From positions 7,178 through 71,177 of the forward strand of contig CAVSVZ010000006.1 in the NCBI GenBank assembly GCA_963731495.1: a stretch of 64,000 nucleotides of DNA. The letters are read 5' to 3'. Every line of letters starts with the position of its first letter. Positions within the stretch are counted from its first letter, which is position 1. The notes under the pieces are model-generated. The model was not told the origin of the DNA and did not search any database. It saw only the letters and a program-made list of their open reading frames with translations. This DNA comes from an uncultured Alphaproteobacteria bacterium. GTDB taxonomy: Bacteria; Pseudomonadota; Alphaproteobacteria; Geminicoccales; Geminicoccaceae. A program made the translations under genes and the position numbers. Positions 10,314-20,145 of the stretch are shown here, in pieces.

Positions 10314-11603
10314 CGGCCGATCGGAGATCCTGCGCAGCAGCACCAGGGCGACCAGCGCCGTGATCGCGAGATAGAGGCCGGGCGACGCGCTCCAGCCGGT
10401 CAGCTTGACCAGCAGGGTCGCGACCAGCGGTGCGGTGCCGCCGAACAGCGCGACGGCGGCGTTGTAGCCGATCGCAAGGCCTGAGCAGCGCACCGTTGAC
10501 GGAAACTGGGAGGCGAACACCGCGGGCAGGCCACCGAGATAGCCGGCGACCAGCAAGGCGAGCGCGAGCTGCGCCGCCAATGCCGGCAGCGCGCCGCCGA
10601 CGTCCGCCATCAGCAGCAGCGGGATCGCGCCGATCGCCGTCAGCACGCTCACCACCGCGAGCAGCCGGCGCCGGCCGATACGATCCGAGAGATGGCCTGC
10701 CAGCGGCGTCCCGAGCGCGCCCGCAGCGAGCCCGAGCGTGCCGATCCCCAAGGCGACGTGCAAGGACAGGCCCGCGATCTCGGTCAAGTCGGTGACCAGC
10801 CACACGAACACGATGTAGTAGCCGGCAGATACCACCCCGTTCAGGCCGAACACTGTGGCCATCTGCGCCTTGTGCTCGCGAAAGGCGGTGCGCAGGGGCG
10901 CCTGCTCGAGCCCACCCTCGGCGCGCAGCGCGACGTAGGCGGGCGAATCCGGCACGCCCAGCCGGACCCAGACCCCGGCGAGCGTGACCAGCAGGCCGCC
11001 AAGGAAAGGAATCCGCCAGCCCCAGGCGTGCACCGCCTCGGCCGGCAGCAGGTCGGTCACCAGCCAGCCGGCCGCAGCACCCATCAGGCCGCCGATCACC
11101 GCGCCGAAATTGGCGAGGCTGCCATACAGCCCCTGGCGCGCCCGTGGCGCGTGCTCGACCAGGAAGGTGATCGAGCTGGTGAACTCGCCGCCGGCGGAGA
11201 TGCCCTGTACCAGCCGCAGCGCCACCAGCAGCACCGGCGCCAGCGCGCCGACCGTGGCGTAGGTCGGCAGCAGGCCCATCGCGAAGGTCGACGCCCCCAT
11301 CAGCCCGATCGACGTGATCAGCACCATCCGCCGTCCCGCACGATCGCCGAGGTGGCCGTAGACCAGGCCGCCGAGCGGCCGCGCCAAAAAACCCATCGCG
11401 AACACCGCGAAGGTGCTGATCAGCGAGGTCAGCGAATCGCTCGAGGGAAAGAACAGCTCGGCCGTGACCGGCGCCAGATAGCCGTACAGCGCGAAGTCGT
11501 ACCACTCGATCACGTTGCCGACGATGCCCGAGCCGATGATTCCGCCGGTGTCGGCGTCGGCGGGCACGCGCCCGGCCGCCAGCGATGCTCCGCGCCGGCT
11601 CAA
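10296..11603 (-). CDS. MFS transporter (metabolite:H+ symporter type)
   Basis: 435-aa ORF with the N-terminal motif GNVIEWYDFALYGYLA typical of MHS-family MFS proteins and 12 hydrophobic segments. The start codon is uncertain (TTG 11603). Confidence 0.85.
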   Translation of the reverse strand: MSRRGASLAAGRVPADADTGGIIGSGIVGNVIEWYDFALYGYLAPVTAELFFPSSDSLTSLISTFAVFAMGFLARPLGGLVYGHLGDRAGRRMVLITSIGLMGASTFAMGLLPTYATVGALAPVLLVALRLVQGISAGGEFTSSITFLVEHAPRARQGLYGSLANFGAVIGGLMGAAAGWLVTDLLPAEAVHAWGWRIPFLGGLLVTLAGVWVRLGVPDSPAYVALRAEGGLEQAPLRTAFREHKAQMATVFGLNGVVSAGYYIVFVWLVTDLTEIAGLSLHVALGIGTLGLAAGALGTPLAGHLSDRIGRRRLLAVVSVLTAIGAIPLLLMADVGGALPALAAQLALALLVAGYLGGLPAVFASQFPSTVRCSGLAIGYNAAVALFGGTAPLVATLLVKLTGWSASPGLYLAITALVALVLLRRISDRPLADRT

Positions 11604-12100
11604 GGATTCGCGCTCGACCTAGCCCCGGCGCCGCCGGTCAGGCCGAACCAGGGCCCTGCCGAAAACTGCTCGAAGAACAGCTTGCGATCGGCCGCGTCCG
11701 CGATCGCCTCGCCGCGCGCCCGGGCGTCGTCGCGGTGGCCCCGGGCGGCCTCGACCTGGCCGGCGAGCGCGAACGCCCGCGCCGCCAGCTCACTGGCGAA
11801 GGCGAGGTCGAAGTCCGCCAGCAGATCCTTGTGCCGCTCGGTAAGCTCCAGGGTTCGTTGCGCATAGCGCAGCGCCGGCCCGGCGATGCCGAGCTCGACA
11901 TAGACCCGGCCGACCAGCCAGGCGCCACGCTGATGATGGACGCCGGTGCCGGCCTGCAGCCAGTGCCACAGGCTGGCATGGGCGGCGTGCAGCATCTCGT
12001 CCGCCTGCCCGGCCGACCGGTCCGGCTGCTCGAGCAGCTGCCAGGTCCGCTGGTTGAGCAGGATGGCCAGCTGCCGGTGGTCGTGCTGCGCGCCTGTCAT
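11600..12100 (-). CDS. conserved hypothetical protein (helical)
   Basis: Internal ATG (MTGAQHDHRQLAILLNQRTW...) of ORF 11600..12286, with its stop overlapping the MFS start (TTGA). The motif LHAAHASLWHW recalls an uncharacterised family, but I cannot name the function. Confidence 0.5.
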   Translation of the reverse strand: MTGAQHDHRQLAILLNQRTWQLLEQPDRSAGQADEMLHAAHASLWHWLQAGTGVHHQRGAWLVGRVYVELGIAGPALRYAQRTLELTERHKDLLADFDLAFASELAARAFALAGQVEAARGHRDDARARGEAIADAADRKLFFEQFSAGPWFGLTGGAGARSSANP

Positions 12101-12303
12101 GGGGCCGACGCCGGCCTGGTATGCTCGGTCAGGGTCACGCTGTTCGTGTAGCACGGCGCGCGCACCCTGTCGTCTGACGCACCAGGCGGCCGATCTGCCG
12201 CGCCACTGGACTCGCGCACGCGTGGTGCTCATCCTACGGCAGCGCTTGCCTGCGACCGCTCGATCGCAGGGCGCGCGCCTCGCCATGGTCGGAGATCACG
12301 CCG

Positions 12304-13125
12304 ATGCCGCTTGCAGCCGCCGACATGATCACAGCTTCTCGCACCGAGCCACGTACCGATGCGCGGGCGTTTCGCGCCGAGGTCCGTCGCGGCGCGCACA
12401 CCCGCCATAGCGCCGGGGCGGCGGCCGGCATGGTCCAGGGCAACGTCGCGATCCTGCCAGCGGACGTCGCCGCCGACTTCCTCCGCTTCTGTCAGCGCAA
12501 CCCGAAACCCTGCCCGCTGATCGGCATGTCCGAGCCCGGCGATCCGCGCCTGCCGGAGCTGGGCGACATCGACATCCGGACCGACGTGCCGGCGTACCGC
12601 GTGTTCGAGCACGGCGAGCTGGTCGCCGAGCCGAGCGAGCTTTCGAAGTGGTGGCGCGCCGATCTGGTGGCGTTCGTGCTGGGCTGCTCGCTGTCGTTCG
12701 ACCAGGCGATGCTCGATGCCGGGCTGCGCCTGCGCCATGTCGAGTTGGACCAGGAGGTGCCGATGTACCGGACCTCGATCGAGACGGCGCCGGCCGGCCG
12801 GTTTCGCGGGCCGATGGTGGTCTCGATGCGCCCGTTCCTGCCCAAGGATGCGATCCGCGCCATCCAGATCACCTCGCGTTTTCCGCAGATGCACGGTGCG
12901 CCGGTCCATTTCGGCGACCCGGACGCGATCGGAATCGCCGACCTCACGCGTCCCGACTATGGCGAGCCGACCGTGATGGAGCCGGGCGAGGTGCCGGTGT
13001 TCTGGGCCTGTGGCGTCACCCCCCAGGCCGTGGTCGCGGCCTCGCGCCCGGCGCTCTGCATCACCCACAAGCCGGGCCACATGCTGGTGACCGACCGCCG
13101 GATCAGCGAGTTCGCCGCCTTCTGA
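12304..13125 (+). CDS. putative hydro-lyase, DUF1445/UPF0317 family
   Basis: 273-aa ORF with the family hallmarks [29 protein letters not shown] and [12 protein letters not shown]. Confidence 0.8.
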   Translation: MPLAAADMITASRTEPRTDARAFRAEVRRGAHTRHSAGAAAGMVQGNVAILPADVAADFLRFCQRNPKPCPLIGMSEPGDPRLPELGDIDIRTDVPAYRVFEHGELVAEPSELSKWWRADLVAFVLGCSLSFDQAMLDAGLRLRHVELDQEVPMYRTSIETAPAGRFRGPMVVSMRPFLPKDAIRAIQITSRFPQMHGAPVHFGDPDAIGIADLTRPDYGEPTVMEPGEVPVFWACGVTPQAVVAASRPALCITHKPGHMLVTDRRISEFAAF

Positions 13126-13271
13126 CACGCGGTCGGATCCAGGCTGATACACGCGGTTCGTCCCGGCCGATCCTGGAATCGCACCGGCCGGAGCTGCTGC
13201 CGCTGGACCTCGCGGCCGAGCTCAATGTGCGCGCCGACCGCACGGCCGTGATGTATCGCCGCTGGCTGCGC

Positions 13272-13476
13272 CAGCTGGGTCTCGGCTTCGGCACCGCCTG
13301 ATGCCGCGCGTACCGTCACCCCTCCGTCGAGACCTCGGGCCAGCCGGGCCTCGGCTTCGGCGCCGCCCGATGCCGCGCACCGTCATCCGTCCGTCGAGAC
13401 CTTGGGCCAGCCGGGCCTTGGCTTCGGCCGCCTGATGCCGCGCGCATCATCCTTCGGTCGGTCCGGGACCTTGGGC
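13272..13476. repeat. three imperfect tandem copies of a ~68-bp unit
   Basis: Units at 13272-13340, 13341-13407 and 13408-13476. Each runs CAGC(T/C)GGG(T/C)CT(C/T)GGCTTCGGC...GATGCCGCGC...GACCT(C/T)GGGC. Confidence 0.8.
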
Positions 13477-13833
13477 ATGCGCACCCGGCGGACGACCGAC
13501 CACACCGCTTCCGTTCAAATCGGCTGCTGCGCTCAACGCGCGCGTGGCGCGCGGCAACGGTCGCCGATCCTCGAGCAGTCCGGTGACCGGTACGGATACG
13601 AGCAACCTCAGCTGGAATCGACCGACGAGGCGCGAAACCGCACCGTCCGGTGACGGTGCCGCCGCTTGGGACGGCGGTATCTCGATCCAGGGCGCCCGTT
13701 CGAACGGCTGCGGCCCCTGGTTCATGACCCGGTCGAGCTGGCTCCGCAGCCGGCAGGCAGTGTCCGCATCATCGCGCAGGATCGCGGCGGCATAGCGACG
13801 CCGTAAGAAATCCACCGCCTGACGATCGGGCAT
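13447..13833 (-). CDS. hypothetical protein (weak call)
   Basis: 128-aa ORF with no recognisable family. Its 3' end runs into the tandem repeat. Confidence 0.25.
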   Translation of the reverse strand: MPDRQAVDFLRRRYAAAILRDDADTACRLRSQLDRVMNQGPQPFERAPWIEIPPSQAAAPSPDGAVSRLVGRFQLRLLVSVPVTGLLEDRRPLPRATRALSAAADLNGSGVVGRPPGAHAQGPGPTEG

Positions 13834-14113
13834 CGTCGCCTCCGCTCCTGCTGTCGCGGCATGATGCCGCTACGCGCGACGGGGATGCGCACGAGGCCGG
13901 ACAGGACCATCGAAGATCGTCGCGACCCGGCTCGCTGCAACCACCAGCAGTTGGGAGCCTGACATGCCTGTCCTAACAAAGGGTTAAGGCGGTTAGCACT
14001 GAAAGTTGTGTGAATTCGGCGAACTTCGCTTGATGCGCTAGAATGCAGAGGTTAGTCTCAGTGTGATGCAACGTGCTGCAGCTCGAGCGCCGAGAGAGCC
14101 GGGAGCCCTTGCC

Positions 14114-14443
14114 ATGAAGGCCAAGCACTGCACCTTTCGGAACGCGACCGTGCACGTCGACGGGCACCGCTATCACGGCTGCCGGTTCGAGCAATGCCGG
14201 CTGGTCTATTCCGGCGGCGATCTGCCGAGCCTGATCGACTGCGAGTTCGATCGCTGCCGCTGGACCCTGAACGGTGCCGCCGAGCGCACCCTGCGGCTGA
14301 TGAAGGCGATGGTCGAGCGCGGCGGCGCGATGCGCGGGCTGGTCGAGCGCTCACTCGGTCTTGCCAGCGCGCCTGCGATCCCCGAGCCCGCCGCGCCCGT
14401 GCGCGCTCCGGCCAAGACCCGGCCGGACAAGAACCTCCACTGA
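14114..14443 (+). CDS. hypothetical Cys/His-rich small protein
   Basis: ATG 14114 (MKAKHCTFRNATVHVDGHRYHGCRFEQCR...) has GGGAG ~8 nt upstream. It lies within ORF 14063..14443. No family recognised. Confidence 0.35.
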   Translation: MKAKHCTFRNATVHVDGHRYHGCRFEQCRLVYSGGDLPSLIDCEFDRCRWTLNGAAERTLRLMKAMVERGGAMRGLVERSLGLASAPAIPEPAAPVRAPAKTRPDKNLH

Positions 14444-14446
14444 GGT

Positions 14447-14633
14447 CGTGCAACCGGGCCCCAGGCATTGGGACGTCTTTGTCGGCTTGTGCCGCAAGGC
14501 ATCAGCCCGCGGCAATCCGATCCCGGATGCGTTCTTCGCCGCCCTGGCCATCGAAGCCGGCTGCGAATGGATCACCACGGACCGCGACTTCGCCCGCTTC
14601 GAAGGACTCCGCTGGCGCCATCCCCTGCACTGA
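14447..14633 (+). pseudogene. vapC: 3' fragment of a PIN-domain (VapC) toxin gene
   Basis: The translation ...HWDVFVGLCRKASARGNPIPDAFFAALAIEAGCEWITTDRDFARFEGLRWRHPLH* matches the C-terminal ~60 aa of VapC toxins. The N-terminal half, including the first acidic residues, and any antitoxin are missing. Confidence 0.6.
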
Positions 14634-14716
14634 GCGGTGGCTTCCTGCCGCCAGCCCCCTGGACATCATGTGCCAAATCGCCGACTAGACCGGTGGCGCA
14701 GTAAGGGGAGGGCGAC

Positions 14717-15871
14717 ATGACCGAGCGGCGGATCGGCATCATCATGCACGGCGTGACCGGCCGGATGGGCACCAACCAGCATCTGGTCCGCTCGATCCTG
14801 GCGATCCGTGATCAGGGCGGCGTCGCGCTCGCCGACGGCACGCGCGTGATCCCCGAGCCGATCCTGGTCGGCCGCGACCCAGGAAAGATCGAGCAGCTGG
14901 TCGACACCTACGGCCTGACCCGCTGGACCCTGGACCTCGAGGCCGCACTCGCCGAGACTGATGCCGAGATCTTTTTCGATGCCGCCTCGACCAAGCTGCG
15001 CGCCGGCCTGATCGAGCGCGCGATCGCCGCCGGCAAGCACGTCTATTGCGAAAAACCGACCGCCGAGAATCTCGACGACGCGCTGCGCATCTGGCGCGCC
15101 GCGCGCGACGCCGGGATCAAGCACGGCGTGGTCCAGGACAAGCTCTGGCTGCCCGGCCTGCAGAAGCTCAAGATGCTGATCAGCGCCGGCTTCTTCGGGC
15201 GCATCCTGTCGGTCAAGGGCGACTTCGGCTACTGGGTGTTCGAGGGCGACTGGCAGCCGGCGCAGCGGCCGTCCTGGAACTACCGCAAGGATCAGGGCGG
15301 CGGCATCAGCCTGGACATGCTCTGCCACTGGCGCTACGTGCTCGACAACCTGTTCGGCGAGGTCCAGGCGGTCGCGTGCCTGGGCGCCAACCACATCCCC
15401 GAGCGCTTCGACGAGCAGGGTCGCCGCTATCGGGCCGACGCCGACGACGCGGCCTACGCGATCTTCCAGCTGCAAGGCGGCATCGTCGCCCAGTTCAACA
15501 GCTCCTGGTGCACGCGCGTGCGCAAGGACGATCTGTTGACCATCCAGGTCGACGGCACCCACGGCTCGGCGGTCGCGGGCCTGACCCGCTGCCTCACGCA
15601 AAGCAATGTCAACACGCCGCGCCCGGTCTGGAACCCCGACGCCGGCCTGACCCCCGATTTTCGCGCCGACTGGCAGGAGGTGCCGGACACGCGCACCTAT
15701 GACAACGCCTTCAAGGCGGAATGGGAGCTGTTCCTGCGCCACGTCTGCGGCGATGCGCAACCCTTCCCCTGGGACCTGCACGCGGCCGCCAAGGGGGTGC
15801 AGCTGGCCGAGCTGGGCTACCGGAGCTGGCACGAGCGCCGCTGGCTCGACGTGCCGCCGCTCGGGGCCTGA
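14717..15871 (+). CDS. Gfo/Idh/MocA family oxidoreductase
   Basis: 384-aa ORF with the N-terminal Rossmann motif IGIIMHGVTGRMG and EKP in YCEKPTA. Confidence 0.85.
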   Translation: MTERRIGIIMHGVTGRMGTNQHLVRSILAIRDQGGVALADGTRVIPEPILVGRDPGKIEQLVDTYGLTRWTLDLEAALAETDAEIFFDAASTKLRAGLIERAIAAGKHVYCEKPTAENLDDALRIWRAARDAGIKHGVVQDKLWLPGLQKLKMLISAGFFGRILSVKGDFGYWVFEGDWQPAQRPSWNYRKDQGGGISLDMLCHWRYVLDNLFGEVQAVACLGANHIPERFDEQGRRYRADADDAAYAIFQLQGGIVAQFNSSWCTRVRKDDLLTIQVDGTHGSAVAGLTRCLTQSNVNTPRPVWNPDAGLTPDFRADWQEVPDTRTYDNAFKAEWELFLRHVCGDAQPFPWDLHAAAKGVQLAELGYRSWHERRWLDVPPLGA

Positions 15872-16066
15872 CCCGATCCAGAGCGCATAGCCGGCCGACC
15901 CGGCGGCGGGCCATTGCGCGATTGATTCCGCCGGGTCGACGAGGGGTGGCGATCGCTCCGAGGCCTCCCGACCTCCGCAACACGAAATCCCTGACGTACG
16001 TCCAGCAACCCGGTGGCCCCGCGCCGCATGCTTGGTGCAGCGTAGAGAACCTACGAAGATGAAACC

Positions 16067-16219
16067 ATGATGGGCGCGACCATCGTCAACTATCTGCCGC
16101 TCCTGGGCGTCGGCGTGCTGTTCCTGGGCGAGCAGCTGAAGGGGGCGGAGATTGTCGCTCTTGCGCTGATCATCCTGGGCCTGGCGGCGACACACCCTGC
16201 CGTCCAAAAAGCTCGCTAA
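16067..16219 (+). pseudogene. possible C-terminal remnant of an EamA/DMT transporter
   Basis: A 50-codon ORF below the track cutoff: MMGATIVNYLPLLGVGVLFLGEQLKGAEIVALALIILGLAA.... It resembles the last two helices of DMT permeases, with no upstream remainder. Confidence 0.3.
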
Positions 16220-16325
16220 GGGCCATGCCGCGGCTGTCTGACCAGCAGCGCCAGCGCCGATCTCGGTTTGCCCCCGCCGTACCGTCCTGATCGGTCCCGG
16301 CGTGCTCTGATGGCGACCGGAACCG

Positions 16326-17039
16326 TCAGCGCCGGCGCTTCTCCGCCGACAGCTCGTTCATCAGCTCGAGCTGGATCTGCTGGATCTCCATCAGGCGCTC
16401 CCACTGGTGCTGCAGCAGGTGGTCGAGCTTCTCGTGCAGATGCCGGATCTCGAGCTCCGCCTTGAGGTTGACGCGGTAGTCGTTCTCCGAGCGCAGACGG
16501 TCGCGCGCCTCCTGCCGGTTCTGGCTCATCATGATGATCGGCGCCTGGAGCGCCGCCAGGCACGACAGGAACAGGTTCAGCAGGATGAACGGGTAAGGGT
16601 CGAACGGCCGCACGATCAGCACCAGGGTGTTGATCAGCACCCAGACCACGATGAAGCCGCCGAACGCGCAGATGAAGGTCCAGCTACCGCCGAAGTCGGC
16701 GATCTGGTCGGCCAGCCGCTCGCCGAGCCTGAGCTTCTTCTGAAACGCGGCGTCGACGTTCTCGGACAGGGTCTCGTGGCGCGCCAGGCTGTCGACCACC
16801 GAGCGCTCGAGCGAGGTCAGATCGCCCCGCTCCTGCTCCAGGAGCGACTGCACGTACTCGCCGCGAAACCGGTTCAGATCGGTGGTGCAGATGAAGCCCT
16901 GCGCCGACCACGCCGGAACAGCCCCGGTGATCCGCTCGGCCAGTGCGGCGCGCACCACCGCCGCCGGCACCAGCTTCACCTGCTTGCCGTTCTTGCCGCA
17001 GATCTGGCAGGTCGGAATGGCAGATCGATCAGCGCGCAT
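16326..17039 (-). CDS. DUF1003 domain membrane protein
   Basis: 237-aa ORF with the hallmark segment FGGSWTFICAFGGFIVVWVLINT...DPYPFILLNLFLSCLAALQAPIIMMSQNRQ. Confidence 0.8.
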   Translation of the reverse strand: MRADRSAIPTCQICGKNGKQVKLVPAAVVRAALAERITGAVPAWSAQGFICTTDLNRFRGEYVQSLLEQERGDLTSLERSVVDSLARHETLSENVDAAFQKKLRLGERLADQIADFGGSWTFICAFGGFIVVWVLINTLVLIVRPFDPYPFILLNLFLSCLAALQAPIIMMSQNRQEARDRLRSENDYRVNLKAELEIRHLHEKLDHLLQHQWERLMEIQQIQLELMNELSAEKRRR

Positions 17040-17101
17040 CGGCGTTGGCCCTCACGCCCGCCCGGCCGCGGTGCTGGGTCGGCCGAACCTGGTCCTCGAA
17101 G

Positions 17102-17848
17102 CTACCGCTCAAGCAGATATTCGATCGTCGAGACCACCCGGATCTTCTTGTCGACCTGACTGGCTTCGCTGATGCCGGGCGCGGCGTCGCGTGGCAGGAT
17201 CTCGAAGATTCCCTGGGACGCGCGCCGGATGCCGCCGAGCGTGCTGTCGACGTCGGCGGCGAACTGGTCGGCGGCAGCACGGGCGTTGGCGCTGGCTTCC
17301 GCCAGCATCTGCGGCTTGATCGCGTTCAGGTCGGTGAACACGTAGGTCGGGCCGCCGGTGTCGACCAGCACCACGCCGCGGCTGACCAGCTCGCCGGTCG
17401 CGCGGCTGAGCGAGGTGACCAGGTCGACCTGCCCGGTGCGCACCAGGATGGTCTGGGCGACGATGAAACGGCTCTCTGCGGCGCCCTCGGGCCGGTACGC
17501 CTGGGCCAACAGGTCGGTGACCTCGACCCGCTGCGGCTGGATCGCCTCGGCGGCGATGCCCTGGCGGACCAGAAAGGCCGTGATCTCGGCGCCGTCGGCA
17601 TCGATCTTGGCCTGGACCTGGTTGAGATCGTCGCCGGTCGCGGTGTAGCGCAGCGGCCAGATCGCCAGATCGGCCTCGACGAAGGTTTCCGCCAGCCCCT
17701 TGACCGTGACGTAGTGCTCGCTGCTGCGCCCGCGCTGAAAACCGTCGCCGACAAGCCAGCCCGCGCCGACCAGCCCCGCCGCGATCAACGCGGCAGCGAT
17801 CAGGCTCGATCTAGGGTCCAGGGAGGGCATAAGTGCGGCACCGCTCAA
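17102..17848 (-). CDS. SIMPL (DUF541) domain protein
   Basis: 248-aa ORF with a signal/TM segment followed by SIMPL-like sequence (...VTVKGLAE...QTILVRT...IRVVSTIEYLLE). The start is either TTG 17848 or ATG 17830. Confidence 0.8.
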   Translation of the reverse strand: MSGAALMPSLDPRSSLIAAALIAAGLVGAGWLVGDGFQRGRSSEHYVTVKGLAETFVEADLAIWPLRYTATGDDLNQVQAKIDADGAEITAFLVRQGIAAEAIQPQRVEVTDLLAQAYRPEGAAESRFIVAQTILVRTGQVDLVTSLSRATGELVSRGVVLVDTGGPTYVFTDLNAIKPQMLAEASANARAAADQFAADVDSTLGGIRRASQGIFEILPRDAAPGISEASQVDKKIRVVSTIEYLLER

Positions 17849-18133
17849 TCGCCAACAAGCTTGTCACCCTTGCCCTCAAACAGATCGAGAAGATCGTCGG
17901 GCAAGGGATCGTCGAAGTCGTCGTGTATGACGAACTGGCCTTTGGCGCTCCCTGGCCGACGGGGCTCACGCCTGGCGCCGCCGGGCTGACGAGGCGTCTG
18001 GGACTTCTCCGGTACCAGTCGCGCCAGCGGCTCGCCCGCCTCGGCGATGACGATCTCCTCGCCGAGCCTGCACGCGCTCGATTAGCTCGGACAGATGGGT
18101 CTTGGCTTCGTGAATGTTGACGGTCGCTGTCAT
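17845..18133 (-). pseudogene. Phd/YefM-type antitoxin, one frame change, no cognate toxin
   Basis: My translation from ATG 18133 gives MTATVNIHEAKTHLSELIERVQA. After one extra base near 18063-18068 the reading continues as GEEIVIAEAGEPLARLVPEKSQ...FVIHDDFDDPLPDDLLDLFEG*. The 289-nt span is not a multiple of 3. Confidence 0.6.
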
Positions 18134-18184
18134 GGTTGCTGCTCCTCGACGAGCATATCGACCAGGCAGTGGAGTAAGTCAACT

Positions 18185-19971
18185 TCACAGCGGCCAGACC
18201 ACCAGGATCATCGGGAGCGCGACCGCCGACGATCAGGAGCTCGAGCGGCAGGCCCATGCGCCAGTAGTCGCCGAAGCGATAGCCGCCCGGGCCCATGATC
18301 AGGGTGTTGTTCTTGTGGCCGATCGGCGTCAGGAAGGCGCAGGACGCGGCCACCGCCACGGCCATCAGGAACGGGTCCGGGCTGGCGCCGAGGCGCTCGG
18401 CGACCTCGAGCGCGATCGGCGCCGCGATCACCGCGGTCGCCGTGTTGTTCATGACGTCCGAGAGCGTCATGGTCACGACCATCAGCACGGCCAGCACGAC
18501 CACCGAGCGAAGCGCCCGCCGAGACCGCCACCAGGCCGTCGGCGATCAGCGCGGTGCCGCCGCTGGTCTCCAGCGCCTCGCCGATCGGGATCAGGCGAGC
18601 CCAGCAGCACGATCACCGGCCACTCGACCGAATTCGTAGAGCTGGCGCAGCGGCACGATGTTGAGCAGCACATAGAGCGCCGCGACGCCGGCCAGCGCCA
18701 CGGACAGATCGAGCAGGCCGAAGCTCGCCAGCGCGATCGCCGCGGCGAACACGCCGACGGCGAGGCCCGCCTTGTGCGCGCTGCACGACCTGGCAGGCCG
18801 CGCTCGGCGAGCGGCAGGCAGCCCAGCCAGGTGGCGACCTCCGGCAGCCGCTCGGCGGGCCCAGCAGCAGCAGGATGTCGCCGGCCTGGATCTCGAGCCG
18901 GCGCACGCGCTCGCGAAACCGCGTGCCCTGGCGCGACACGCCGAGCAGGTTGACGCCGTGGCGGTAGAGCAGGCGCAGCGATTGCGCCGAGCGGCCCTCG
19001 ATCCGGGCACCCTGTGGCACCACGACCTCCAGCAGGCCCAGATCCTCGCCTTCCAGCACGCTGCGCTCGCGCTTCTGGCCGGCATATTCGAGGCCGAGCG
19101 CGCCGACCATCTTGTCGATCGCGGCCGGGCTCGCCTCGACCACCAGCACGTCGCCCTTCTGGATCTACCGTGCGCCGCGCCAGACCGGGCAGCCGCTGGC
19201 CGCGCCGCACCAGCCCGAGCACCGCGACCTCGGCCTCATCGGCGACCTCGTCCAGCTCGCGCATGTTCTTGCCGATCGCCGTGGAGCCCTCGGCCACCGT
19301 GACCTCGGCGATGAAGTCGGCGAGATCGCGCAGCTCGCGTCGGGCTGTCCTGCTCGCGGCGCGCCGCCGGGATCAGCCGCCAGCCGACCAGGGCGACGAA
19401 GGCGACGCCGGCCAGCGCGCAGACCGCGCCGACCGGGGTGAAGTCGAACATGCCGAACGGCGCGCCCAGCGCCTGCTCGCGAAACGCCGCCACGATGATG
19501 TTGGGCGGCGTGCCGATCAGCGTGACCAGGCCGCCCAGGATCGTGGCGAACGACAGGGGCATCAGGGTCAGCGCCGGGCTGCGCTTGGCCTTGCCCGCGG
19601 CCTCGAGGTCCACCGGCATCAGCAACGCCAGCGCCGCGACGTTGTTCATGACCGCCGAAAGCGCCGCCGCGGCCCCGGCCATGACCGCGATGTGGCGGGA
19701 CAGGCTGGCGCGAGGCAGTCGCGACGCGGCGTGCGATCAGGTCGATCACGCCGGAGTTGGACAGCCCGCGGCTGATGATCAGGACCAGCGCGATGATCAC
19801 GGTGGCCGGATGGCCGAAGCCCGAGAACGCCTCCCTGGCCGGCACCACGCCGGCGAACAGCGCGACCACCAGCGCGCCGAACGCCACCAGGTCGTAGCGC
19901 CAGCGCCCCCAGATCAGGAACGCGAACACGCCAAACAGCAGCGCGAAGAGGATGATCTGGTCGGTGGTCAC
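18185..19971 (-). pseudogene. SLC13/DASS-type permease with two TrkA-C domains, heavily frameshifted
   Basis: Recognisable pieces lie in successive frames. These are VTTDQIILFALLFGVFAFLIWGRW... (GTG 19971), MNNVAALALLMPV..., the TrkA-C pieces AEVTVAEGSTAIGKNMREL... and LLEVVVPQGARIEGRSAQSL..., ...VEWPVIVLLG..., ...MNNTATAVIAAPIALEVAE..., and the C-terminus AVALPMILVVWPL* (stop 18185). At least 7 frame changes. Confidence 0.8.
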
Positions 19972-20145
19972 GCGGAGCCCTCGATCGTGTCGCCGCCTTT
20001 GTGCATCAGCGGGCGGCCGGTGGCCAAGCGCTTGACCAGCGGTGCCCATCATGGCGGACATTTCGACCACGCCGCCACCATGCTAGGTTGTGAGATCAAC
20101 GCGCCCGCGCAGGGCACCATCACCAAGCAGCGTGAGGGGGTTCTC

